This document shows, one piece after another, positions 19,503 through 28,070 of a stretch of 64,000 bases of DNA. The translations under genes and the position numbers were made by a program. How positions within the stretch are numbered: the stretch's first letter is position 1; each line of letters starts with the position of its first letter. The stretch spans positions 123,685 through 187,684 of the forward strand of contig CAWCKH010000006.1 in assembly GCA_963796055.1 (NCBI GenBank), read 5' to 3'. The notes under the pieces are model-generated. The model saw nothing but the letters and a program-made list of their open reading frames with translations, made no database searches and was not told the origin of the DNA. This stretch comes from an uncultured delta proteobacterium (lineage in GTDB: Bacteria; Myxococcota; Myxococcia; Myxococcales; Myxococcaceae).

Positions 19503-20420
19503 GTGGCCGAGGTGACGGTCGTCGGAGCGGGGGTGGTGGGGCTGACGACCGCGCTCGTCCTCGGGGAATCGGGACACCGCGTCCGGGTCCTCTCGGCCGA
19601 GCGCCCCGAGCGAACGACGTCCGCCGCCGCGGGCGCGCTCTGGTATCCCTTCGAGGTCGGCCCGCCCGACAAGGTGAACCGGTGGGCACGGACCACCCAC
19701 GGCTGGCTGCTCGCGCTCTCGCGCACCGTGCCCGAGGCGGGCGTGGACGTCCTGACGGTGCGGGAGTGCGTCTCGGGCCCGCGGCGGCCTTGGTGGGCGG
19801 ACGCGGTCGAGGGTCTCCGGCTGGTCGAAGGCCCCCAGCCGAGCGGGGCCCAGCTCGCCTGGGAGTTCGAGGCGCCAAGGGTGGAGCCGGCGCTTCACCT
19901 TGCATGGCTGGAGTCACGGCTCGAGCGCCCGATCGAGATCGCGCGGGTCGAGCGTCTCGAGGACGTGCCGGGCGAGGTGGTGGTGAACTGCACGGGCGTC
20001 GGCGCACGGCGGCTCACCGGCGACACTTCCCTGCGAGCGCTGCTCGGGCAGACCGTCGTGGTCCAGCCCGGGGAGGTGGACCTCCGCCAGATGTACGGCG
20101 ACGAGCGCGACCACTCGGCGATGCTCTACGTGATTCCGCGGCGCGCCGAGGTGGTCATCGGGGGCTGCGCCTGGCCCTTCGACGGCGACGTATCGCCCGC
20201 CGCCGATCCAGCGCTTCGTGCGGTGTTCCTCGAGCGGGCGCGGGCTGCCGGATTCCGCCACGGTCCGGTGCTTCGGGATGCGGTGGGGCTACGACCGGTG
20301 CGCCCAGAGGTCCGGGTCGAGCGCGTGGGCCGCGTCATCCACCACTACGGGCACGGAGGCGCGGGCTTCACCCTGGCCCGAGGCTCGGCCGAGGATCTGG
20401 TGGCCGTCGCCGGTTCTTGA
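19503..20420 (+). CDS. FAD-dependent D-amino acid oxidase family protein
   Basis: VVGAGVVG, TTSAAAGALW, VNCTG, GLRP, HHYGHGGAG. Confidence 0.88.
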   Translation: MAEVTVVGAGVVGLTTALVLGESGHRVRVLSAERPERTTSAAAGALWYPFEVGPPDKVNRWARTTHGWLLALSRTVPEAGVDVLTVRECVSGPRRPWWADAVEGLRLVEGPQPSGAQLAWEFEAPRVEPALHLAWLESRLERPIEIARVERLEDVPGEVVVNCTGVGARRLTGDTSLRALLGQTVVVQPGEVDLRQMYGDERDHSAMLYVIPRRAEVVIGGCAWPFDGDVSPAADPALRAVFLERARAAGFRHGPVLRDAVGLRPVRPEVRVERVGRVIHHYGHGGAGFTLARGSAEDLVAVAGS

Positions 20421-20475
20421 ACCGCATGCGTGGGCGCTGGCGGCCCGCGATTCGACAGGCGGAGGAGAGAGCACC

Positions 20476-21244
20476 TCAGGGGGGGCCGCTCGGGGGACGC
20501 GGCCCGTCGCCGTACGTCACCTCGACCAGCGTGAGCCCGTGCGCCGGTGCCGTCGGTCCGGCGAGGCTCCGGTCCTTCGCCGCGAGCACCTCCGCGACCC
20601 ACCCGGGTCGGCGCTTGCCACGGCCCACCTCCACCAGCGAGCCGACGATGTTCCGCACCATGTGCTTGAGGAACGCCGTTCCCTCCACCTCGATGCAGAG
20701 CACCTGGCCTTCCTCGTGAAGTTCCAGCTCTCGCAACGTCCGCCGCGGGTGGGGAGCCTCGCAGTCCGCTGCCCGAAAGCTGGTGAAGTCGTGCGTCCCG
20801 AGGAGTGCCGGGGCCGCCGTCCGCATCGCCCCGACGTCCAGTGGAGTGAAGACCTCCCAGTGCGTCCGGCGAAGGAGCGGCGCGCGCCCCGGACGCCGGG
20901 AGATCGAAGTAGCGGTACCGCTTCCCCGTCGCCCAGCGCCGCGGGTCGAAGCCGTCCGGCACCTCGTCGGCCGACACCACCGCCACATCCTCGGGTAGCA
21001 GCGAGGAGAGCCCCCGCACGTAGGCCTTTGCCGGCAGCGCCCGCGGAGTCTCGAAGGCCACCACCTGCCCCAGCGCGTGCACCCCGGCATCGGTTCGCCC
21101 AGCCGCGGCGGCGACCACCGGAGCGCCAAGGAGCTCGGCCAGCGCCGCCTCCAGCACCGCCTGCACGCTGCGGCCATTCGGCTGCCGCTGCCACCCGACG
21201 AAGTCGGTGCCGTCGTACTCGAGCCTGAGCCGGACCCGCGGCAT
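20476..21244 (-). CDS. truA: tRNA pseudouridine(38-40) synthase TruA, split by a +1 frameshift at ~20906 (probably sequencing error)
   Basis: EYDGTDFVGWQRQ, GRTDAGVHA, KRYRY in one frame; GTHDFTSFRA, FLKHMVRNIVG, TAPAHGLTL in the next. Confidence 0.92.
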
Positions 21245-22392
21245 CAGCGGAACTTCAACCAGTCGCGAAGCACGTCACGGGCCAGCTCCTCCAGCGTGAG
21301 CCCGTTGCGCTCGGCCACCGTCTCCAGCGCCTTCCGGTCGGCGTCGTCCAGGTGCAGCCGCAGCGCCCGCCCCCCGCGTCGGGCATCACCGTCGGCGGCC
21401 AGCGTCTCCGAGGCCCGCGTCAGCCGCGTCCGCTCCGCCTCCAGCTCGTCGGAGAAGAGCTGCTTCAGGAAGTTGGCCAGGTGCATGCTCGAGGGACGGA
21501 AGTCGCTCTCGGCGAGCAGATGGTCGAGGTCGCGCTGCATCTCCCAGGCGCTCGGGTAGCGCTTGCCGCGATCCTTCTCCAGCGCCCGCATCACCACCGC
21601 CTCCACCTCGGGCGGGATGTCTGGCTTGAAGTAGCTCGGGCCGTAGATCTTCCCCTCGCTGATGCTCCGCAGCACCGCTGGCTCCGAGTCGCCGGTGAAG
21701 AGACGGAACCCGGTCAGCCACTCGTAGAGCACCACCCCCAGCGAGAAGATGTCGCTCCGGCAGTCCAGCGGCTTGCCCAGCGCCTGCTCGGGGCTCATGT
21801 AGCTCAGCTTCCCCTTGATCTCCCCGACCGTGGTCTCCCCGGTCTGCCCCCGCGCCTTGGCGATGCCGAAGTCGAGGATCTTCACCGCCCCGTCGAAGGA
21901 GACGAAGACGTTCTCGGGCGTCACGTCCCGGTGCACGATGTGCAGCGGGTTGCCCCAGGCGTCGGCGCGCTGGTGGGCGTAGTGGAGCCCTTCACAGACG
22001 CTGGATGCGATCTTCAGCGCGTACACCGCCGGGAAGGCGATCCCCATCCGTTCGGCCTTGGGGATGATCCGCGCCATGTCGCGGCCGAACACGTACTCCA
22101 TGGCGATGAAGTAGCTGTCGTCCACCTGCCCCAGCTCGTGGATCTGCACGATGTTGGGGTGGTTCAGCTGGGCCGCCAGCCGCGCCTCGTCGAGGAACAT
22201 CTGCACGAAGCTCTTCTGCTTCGAGAGGTGGGGACGGATCCGCTTGATGACCACCGTCTTCTCGAAGCCCTCCAGCCCCTCCTGCCGGGCGAGAAAGATC
22301 TCCGCCATCCCGCCCACCGCCAGGCGGTCGAGCAGGACGTACTTGCCGAAGCGGAGTCCGCCGGTGCGCTGAGCAGGTGAGCTCTGGGTCAA
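21244..22392 (-). CDS. Cytoplasmic Ser/Thr protein kinase, Pkn14-like by position, with C-terminal RHH-like domain
   Basis: GGMAEIF, VIK, HRDVTPEN, DFG, YMSPEQ, DIFSLG; no TM segment; TTG start inferred; stop overlaps truA ATG. Confidence 0.92.
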   Translation of the reverse strand: MTQSSPAQRTGGLRFGKYVLLDRLAVGGMAEIFLARQEGLEGFEKTVVIKRIRPHLSKQKSFVQMFLDEARLAAQLNHPNIVQIHELGQVDDSYFIAMEYVFGRDMARIIPKAERMGIAFPAVYALKIASSVCEGLHYAHQRADAWGNPLHIVHRDVTPENVFVSFDGAVKILDFGIAKARGQTGETTVGEIKGKLSYMSPEQALGKPLDCRSDIFSLGVVLYEWLTGFRLFTGDSEPAVLRSISEGKIYGPSYFKPDIPPEVEAVVMRALEKDRGKRYPSAWEMQRDLDHLLAESDFRPSSMHLANFLKQLFSDELEAERTRLTRASETLAADGDARRGGRALRLHLDDADRKALETVAERNGLTLEELARDVLRDWLKFR

Positions 22393-22402
22393 CTCCGCGA
22401 GG

Positions 22403-23374
22403 TTACCACCCGAGCCGGAGGACCCTGATCTTGAGGTGCGGCTCCTCCCCCCGAGGCGCCGGGAAGTCGATGGGGGACGCTTCCGGGCGGGCCACCTCCT
22501 CCGCCCTCCGCTCCGAGCGTCGCACACCCTCCGCCAGCGCCGCCTCGAACCGGCGCCCGGGGAGCGCTGCCACGTTGCAGGCCGCCAGCAGCCAGCCACC
22601 GGGGGCCACCAGCGGAGCCGCCTGGGTCACCAGCCGCGGCCAGTCCCGCGCGGCGGAGAAGGTGCCCGCCTTCCCTCGCGCGAAGCCGGGTGGATCGAGC
22701 ACCACCGCATCGAACTGCTCGCCCCGCTTGCCCAGCCGACGAAGCCAGTCGAATGCGTCGCCTGCCAGCCGGTCCCCGGACGGCGGTGCCTGACCGTTCA
22801 GCCTCGCATTCTCCTCGCCCCAGGCCAGGGAGCGGCGGCTGAGGTCCACGTCGACCGCCCGCGCTGCGCCTCCGGCCCGGGCTGCGATGCCGAAGGCGCC
22901 GGTGTAGGCGAAGCAGTTGAGCAAGGTGGCCCCGCGCGCGTGCGCCCGCACCCAGCCCCGCGCCTCGCGCATGTCGAGGTACAGCCCCACGGCGAGACCC
23001 TCGCCGGGACGGATGCGGAACACGAGCCCCTGCTCGCGCACCTCCACCGCCTCCACCGGTTCGCCCCGAAGCGGCCGGGCCGGCGCGCGCGCCGCCCGCT
23101 CCTCGCCTCCGAGCGTCCCCGCCTCCCGGGGCCGCCGCTTGAGGTACAGAGCCCGGAGGGGGAGCAGCTCCATCGCCGCGTCGGCCACCGGCCCGGGGTC
23201 CTGGGTGTCGTAGGTGCTGAGCACCCCGATGTCGCCGAAGAGGTCGAGCGTCAGCCCCGGAGCGCCGTCCGCGGCCCCGTTCAGCCAGCGGAACGCCGTG
23301 GTCTGGCCGTCCTCCCGGAGTGGCGCCCGCCGGACGAGCGCCCGGGCGAGCAGCGCCCGCGCTCCTCCGCTCAT
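22403..23374 (-). CDS. Class I SAM-dependent rRNA methyltransferase (RlmI/RlmK-like)
   Basis: GLYLDMR, LNCFAYTGAF, VDLS, LDPPGF. Confidence 0.88.
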   Translation of the reverse strand: MSGGARALLARALVRRAPLREDGQTTAFRWLNGAADGAPGLTLDLFGDIGVLSTYDTQDPGPVADAAMELLPLRALYLKRRPREAGTLGGEERAARAPARPLRGEPVEAVEVREQGLVFRIRPGEGLAVGLYLDMREARGWVRAHARGATLLNCFAYTGAFGIAARAGGAARAVDVDLSRRSLAWGEENARLNGQAPPSGDRLAGDAFDWLRRLGKRGEQFDAVVLDPPGFARGKAGTFSAARDWPRLVTQAAPLVAPGGWLLAACNVAALPGRRFEAALAEGVRRSERRAEEVARPEASPIDFPAPRGEEPHLKIRVLRLGW

Positions 23375-24579
23375 GCGAGGGCGCGGCGGACGGCGGCGGC
23401 CTCGTCGAGCAGCGGAAGGAACTCGGTGCCGAGCAGCTGGCCCTCCCGCACCACCACGCGCCCGTTCACCACCGTCCACGCCACCGGGGCGCGCATCGAG
23501 GCCGCGAGGACCTCGACCGCGTCCTCCGCTTGCGGGAACAGGTCCACCAGCACCAGATCCGCCACCGCACCCGGAGTGATGCGCCCCGCGGGGCGCCGGA
23601 AGACGCGCTCCAGGAAGCCGGCCGGCCCGTCCCCGAGCACCTCCGGTACCCGCTCCCTCGCCCAGAGCCTCCCGATGCGCGCGGCCCGGTGGGCGAGGAT
23701 CCGTCCCGCGGTCCACTGCTCCCGGAGGTCCCCGACGCCGGCGCTGGCCAGGACCACGCGGTGCGCCGGCTGCCACACCGATTCGAACCCGTGCTGCTCT
23801 CCCAGGAGATCTGCCAGCGGGCTCCAGGCCACCAGCACCCCGGTCTCGGCCAGCCGCTGGGCCTCGGCTCCCTCCACCGCGCGCGCGTGCACCGCGACGC
23901 TGGTGGCACCGAGCAACCCGTGACGGTCCAGCCGCTCCACCATCCGGGTGCGGTGTTGCTCGAAGTGCTCGGCCAGCTCGGCGCTGGTCTCGGCGAGGCG
24001 GAAGTGCACCGGGGCGCGGAGGGACTCGGCGTCACGCCCCACCGCCCGCAGCAGCTCGTCCGAGGCGGTGAGGCAGCTGGCGAACCCCAGGCCGGCGCGC
24101 ACCAGCGGATCCTCCGCGCTGCTCCGGGCCGCATCCGCGTTCAGCTCGTGCATGCCGATGCCGTGCCGCCCCTCGGCGGCGAGCGAGGTCACCATCCTCA
24201 CGCCGAGCGCACGCGCCAGGCGTTGGCGGCCGGCGAGCGCGGCGGCACCGTCCGCCACCCCCTGCACCTGGTCGAGCACGGTGGTCACCCCGGCGCGAAG
24301 CGCGAGCGCCACGCCGGCGGAGGCGAGCGCCGATGACTCCGTCGCGGTGAGCGGTCGCCGGGCAGCAGGTAGCTCGCCGAGCTGGGCGTACCCGTCCACC
24401 CGGCCCGGCACCAGCACCCGTCCGTGGGCCTCGATGGCCCAGTCACCGGGCCGGACCGGCTCGCTTCCGTCGGGCGCGATGCGGGCCACCATTCCGCCCT
24501 CGACCACCACCGCGCGGTGCGGCAGCACGGCTCCGCGGTCCAGCAGCGTGCAATCCTTGACGAGCAGGCGGCCTTCCAT
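23371..24579 (-). CDS. Amidohydrolase-superfamily protein (SsnA/chlorohydrolase-like) with degenerate metal ligands
   Basis: Fold landmarks present (GRVLVPG, GVTTVLD, AVHA, GRITPGAVADLV, VVNGRVVV) but HxH replaced by YAQ. Confidence 0.82.
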   Translation of the reverse strand: MEGRLLVKDCTLLDRGAVLPHRAVVVEGGMVARIAPDGSEPVRPGDWAIEAHGRVLVPGRVDGYAQLGELPAARRPLTATESSALASAGVALALRAGVTTVLDQVQGVADGAAALAGRQRLARALGVRMVTSLAAEGRHGIGMHELNADAARSSAEDPLVRAGLGFASCLTASDELLRAVGRDAESLRAPVHFRLAETSAELAEHFEQHRTRMVERLDRHGLLGATSVAVHARAVEGAEAQRLAETGVLVAWSPLADLLGEQHGFESVWQPAHRVVLASAGVGDLREQWTAGRILAHRAARIGRLWARERVPEVLGDGPAGFLERVFRRPAGRITPGAVADLVLVDLFPQAEDAVEVLAASMRAPVAWTVVNGRVVVREGQLLGTEFLPLLDEAAAVRRALA

Positions 24580-24649
24580 GCCGTCCACCACCTTAGCCGC
24601 TGGCGCTGCTGCGAGCATGTACCCACGCCCTGGGGATAAGCTTCGGCGC

Positions 24650-25624
24650 ATGGCTGATCCGGCGTGGAGCCTGCCGCTCCACATCCGCTGGGACGAGGGG
24701 TTGTCGCTGGTGGCTGGCGACGGCGCGCTACCCGGCTGCCCTGCGCCCACGCCCGGGATGCCCCTGTCGGAGGCGCTGGGGGTGGACCTGGCCACCGCGC
24801 AGGCGCTCGACGCACGTGGGCGACGAGGTGGAGGGGTGGAGTTCGTGCGCACCGGCAGCGGGTCGGCGGGTACGCCGCGCTGGCTCCGGGTCGGAGTCGC
24901 GCCGGCGGGGGCGGCAGTGGAAGCCCGGGTGCATGACCTCGGGCCGCTGCTCGAGGGGGCACCGCCGCTGCAGATTTCCCGCCTCTCCAGCTCGCTCAGC
25001 CACGAGCTGCGCAATCCTCTGTCCAGCGTGAAGATGGCGGTGCAGACCCTGGCCCGGAACGAGGGACTTTCACCCCGTGATCAGCGCCGGCTCACCATCG
25101 CCCTGCGGGAGATTCGCACCCTGGAGCGCATGCTCTGGATGCTGAGCGAGTACGGGCGAGAGGCGCCGCTCGCCCTGGACACCTGGGCCCTGCCGGACCT
25201 CCTCCAGGAGTCCGCGGCGCTGATCGAGCAGGACCTCGCCGAGCGAAGCGTCAGGGTCGAGCTGTGCGGCGCCGAGGGCCTGCCGCGGGTTCGCTCGGAC
25301 GGGGTTCGCCTCCGTCCGGTCCTGGCGCAGCTCTTCCTGAACGTGGCCTCGGGCCTGGAGGAGGGGCAACCCTTGCTCGTCACCCTGCGACGGTCGGAGC
25401 GGGGCGCGGAGGTCGAGCTGCTCGACGAGCACGCCGCGCTGGCGCCCGGCGACGAGGAGCGGGTCTTCGAGCCCTTCGGCTCCCGCCTGGCGCGCGGGGC
25501 AGGCCTGTCGCTGGCCGCGCTCCGCCGCGTGCTCCAGCAGCAGGGCGGAGAGGTCACCGCCGCGGCCGCGATGCCTCCGGCGCAGGGCGTCCTGTTCTGC
25601 ATCGACTTCGCGAGGGCCTCCTGA
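24650..25624 (+). CDS. mrpA: Histidine kinase MrpA
   Basis: H-box SHELRNPL, N-box LFLN, degenerate G boxes (FEPF, GAGLSL); directly upstream of mrpB and mrpC. Confidence 0.82.
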   Translation: MADPAWSLPLHIRWDEGLSLVAGDGALPGCPAPTPGMPLSEALGVDLATAQALDARGRRGGGVEFVRTGSGSAGTPRWLRVGVAPAGAAVEARVHDLGPLLEGAPPLQISRLSSSLSHELRNPLSSVKMAVQTLARNEGLSPRDQRRLTIALREIRTLERMLWMLSEYGREAPLALDTWALPDLLQESAALIEQDLAERSVRVELCGAEGLPRVRSDGVRLRPVLAQLFLNVASGLEEGQPLLVTLRRSERGAEVELLDEHAALAPGDEERVFEPFGSRLARGAGLSLAALRRVLQQQGGEVTAAAAMPPAQGVLFCIDFARAS

Positions 25625-25626
25625 CC

Positions 25627-27033
25627 ATGGACACGCTCCTGCTCGTCGACGACGACGTCTCGCTCCTCGAGTCGCTCACCCTCCACTTCGAGGACGCGGA
25701 GAAGAACGGAGAGCCCCGCTTCCAGGTGGTGACCGCCACCACCGCCGCCGCCGGGCTGGTCAAGGCACGAGAATGCGGGCCCTCGCTGGTGGTGCTGGAC
25801 ATGATGCTCCCCGACCGGAGCGGGCTCGACCTCATCGTGGAGATGAAGTCGGTCTGCGGGGACGCCCCCATCGTCCTGGTCACCGCCTACCACGACATGG
25901 AGAGCACCATCCGGGCGATGAAGCTCGGGGCGTTCGACTACATCCACAAGCCGTTCGCCGACCCCGCAGCGCTGGACCTGGTCATCAACCGCGCCCTCAG
26001 TGTGCGCCAGCTCAGCCGTCGCGCGGCGAGCGCGGAGCTGGAGGTCGCCCCCGCCCGCCTGGGCGACCTGGTGGGCCAGACCCCGGTGATGCAGCAGCTG
26101 GTGAAGGAGATCGGCAAGGTGGCAGCCGCCCCGCGCGCCACGGTGCTGGTCACCGGAGAGTCGGGCACTGGCAAGGAGCTGGTGGCCCGGGTCATCCACA
26201 ACTACTCGTTCGACGAGCCGCGGCCGTTCGTGGGCATCAACTGCTCGGCCATCGTGGAGACCCTGCTGGAGTCGGAGCTCTTCGGCCACGAGCGCGGGGC
26301 CTTCACCGGTGCCACCGCCACCAAGCCGGGCAAGTTCGAGGTGGCCGAGGACGGGACGGTGTTCCTCGACGAGATCGGTGACCTCTCGCCGCATCTGCAG
26401 GCCAAGCTCCTCCGGGTCCTGCAAGAGCGGGAGTTCGAGCGGGTGGGGAGCACCAAGCGCATCGCCCTTCAGGCGAGGGTCATCGCCGCCACCCACCGCG
26501 ACCTCACCGAGGAGGTGAAGGCCGGACGTTTTCGCGAGGACCTCCACCATCGGCTCCAGGTCATCACCTTGCGCGTCCCGCCGCTCCGCGAGCGCCGGGA
26601 GGACATCCCCCTGCTGGTCAAGGGCCTGCTGGAGCGCATCAACGGTCGGGTCCACAAGCGGGTGACCCGGGTGCCCGCCGAGGTGATGGAGGCGCTGGTC
26701 CGGCTCCCGTGGCGCGGAAACGTCCGGGAGCTGGAGAATGTCCTTACGCGGGCAGTCGTCCTGTCCCCAGGGGAAGTCCTCCTCGCCGAAAGCCTGCCGC
26801 GAGACGATCTCCCCGAGGAGCGGGAGGCGCCGAGCTGGTTCCCTTTCGACGCCCCACTGCCTACCCTCGAGGAGGCGGAGCGGCAGCTGATCGAGCGTGC
26901 GCTGGTTCTCACCCGTGGGCACAAGGGCCGCGCGTGCCAGATGCTCGGAATCAGCCGGCCGACCCTGGAGCGGAAGCTGGCGAAATACGGGACTGCACGT
27001 TCCGTCAAAGCTCCCCTCAAGAGTGTCAGTTGA
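25627..27033 (+). CDS. mrpB: Sigma54-dependent response regulator MrpB (REC-AAA-Fis HTH)
   Basis: VDDD...LDMMLP...KP receiver, GESGTGKE, GAFTGA, WRGNVRELEN, LGISRPTLERK; position before mrpC. Confidence 0.88.
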   Translation: MDTLLLVDDDVSLLESLTLHFEDAEKNGEPRFQVVTATTAAAGLVKARECGPSLVVLDMMLPDRSGLDLIVEMKSVCGDAPIVLVTAYHDMESTIRAMKLGAFDYIHKPFADPAALDLVINRALSVRQLSRRAASAELEVAPARLGDLVGQTPVMQQLVKEIGKVAAAPRATVLVTGESGTGKELVARVIHNYSFDEPRPFVGINCSAIVETLLESELFGHERGAFTGATATKPGKFEVAEDGTVFLDEIGDLSPHLQAKLLRVLQEREFERVGSTKRIALQARVIAATHRDLTEEVKAGRFREDLHHRLQVITLRVPPLRERREDIPLLVKGLLERINGRVHKRVTRVPAEVMEALVRLPWRGNVRELENVLTRAVVLSPGEVLLAESLPRDDLPEEREAPSWFPFDAPLPTLEEAERQLIERALVLTRGHKGRACQMLGISRPTLERKLAKYGTARSVKAPLKSVS

Positions 27034-27040
27034 CGGAAAC

Positions 27041-27055
27041 TGTCACCAGAAGGAC
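27041..27055 (+). promoter_or_regulatory. MrpC-type binding site (TGTY-N8-RAC)
   Basis: TGTC-ACCAGAAG-GAC, exact match to the recalled MrpC consensus, upstream of mrpC. Confidence 0.6.
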
Positions 27056-27070
27056 GTCTTGAACGGCTTT

Positions 27071-27117
27071 TGAACGTTTCGTTCAGTGTATTCCAAGACG
27101 TTCAAACGTTTCGTTCA
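27071..27117 (+). promoter_or_regulatory. Tandem upstream activating sequences, probably for MrpB
   Basis: Palindrome TGAACG-TTT-CGTTCA (27071-27085) and near-copy CAAACGTTTCGTTCA (27103-27117), 32 bp apart, about 95-140 bp upstream of the sigma54 box. Confidence 0.65.
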
Positions 27118-27211
27118 ATCCGCCTGATTTCCGTCAGGGCCACCTGTCCGTCCGCCCGTAAAGCTGTCCTTGTTTCGAACGTTTGCACCTGGTCCTACCG
27201 ACCCCGGGCCA

Positions 27212-27227
27212 CGGCACGCGTCTTGGA
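27212..27227 (+). promoter_or_regulatory. Sigma54 -24/-12 promoter of mrpC
   Basis: CGGCACG-CGTC-TTGGA versus consensus TGGCACG-N4-TTGCW; 42 nt before the ATG. Confidence 0.65.
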
Positions 27228-27269
27228 ATGAGTTCTCCCACACGACAGCGCCGGAGAGGACCTTTCCCC

Positions 27270-28016
27270 ATGCACGGCTACAACCGCCCTCTGGGCCCCA
27301 TCGGTTCCAACGTGGTCCCACCGCTGCAGACCACCTCGTCGGGGATGCTGGTCACCCCGAGCAAAGTCGCGGCCCCCCAGGAGTCCATCGACTTCAAGGG
27401 GTACTTCAAGGTCGAGACCTTCCCGCACAACGCGGTGATCTACCGGCCGGGGGACGCGAGCGACCGGGTGTACCTCCTCAAGACCGGGCGGGTCCGGCTG
27501 ATGCGGCTCGGCCGGAACAGCCAGCGCTCGGTGGTCTCCATCCTCCGCCCCGGCGACCTGTTCGGCGAGCTGTTCCGCCCCGAGGGAACCCCGGTGGAGG
27601 AGCTGGCGGTGTCGGCGGGCGAGGCCGAGGTGTGGAGCATCGAGGGGCGTGACTTCCGCGCCCAGCTCGAGGCCCGGCCCACCCTGGCGGTGGACGTGGT
27701 GCGCGCCTATGCCGAGCGGGTGCGCTCGCTCAGGAAGCGCGTCCTCGGCTTGACCTTCAAGGAGGTCCCGGCGCGCCTGGCGGACACGCTGCTCACCCTC
27801 GCCGAGGCCCACGGCGAGCGCTGCCCGCACGGCGGCGAGACCGACCTCCGCGGCATCACCCAGCAGGACCTGGCCGATCTGGTGGGTGCCTCCCGCTCCT
27901 TCGTCTCCACGCTGATCAACGAGATGAAGCGTGACGGGATGCTGGGCAACGTCGGCCGCATCCTCTGCGTCCGCGACCAGAAGGCGCTCCGGAAGATCGC
28001 CTCGGCCGAGAAGTAG
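27270..28016 (+). CDS. mrpC: Crp/Fnr-family developmental transcription factor MrpC
   Basis: MHGYNRPLGPIGSNVVPPLQTTSSG N-terminus and ITQQDLADLVGASRSFVSTLINEMK HTH closely match M. xanthus MrpC as recalled. Confidence 0.95.
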   Translation: MHGYNRPLGPIGSNVVPPLQTTSSGMLVTPSKVAAPQESIDFKGYFKVETFPHNAVIYRPGDASDRVYLLKTGRVRLMRLGRNSQRSVVSILRPGDLFGELFRPEGTPVEELAVSAGEAEVWSIEGRDFRAQLEARPTLAVDVVRAYAERVRSLRKRVLGLTFKEVPARLADTLLTLAEAHGERCPHGGETDLRGITQQDLADLVGASRSFVSTLINEMKRDGMLGNVGRILCVRDQKALRKIASAEK

Positions 28017-28070
28017 TCACCCGGGCTCCGGCACGGGCACGAGGCGGGGCTCGCCCGCGGGCCTGCAGGG

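Noticed and set aside
20476..21244. Programmed frameshifting or true pseudogene for truA
   Set aside because: No slippery sequence, both halves are conserved, and other single-base indels in the contig indicate error
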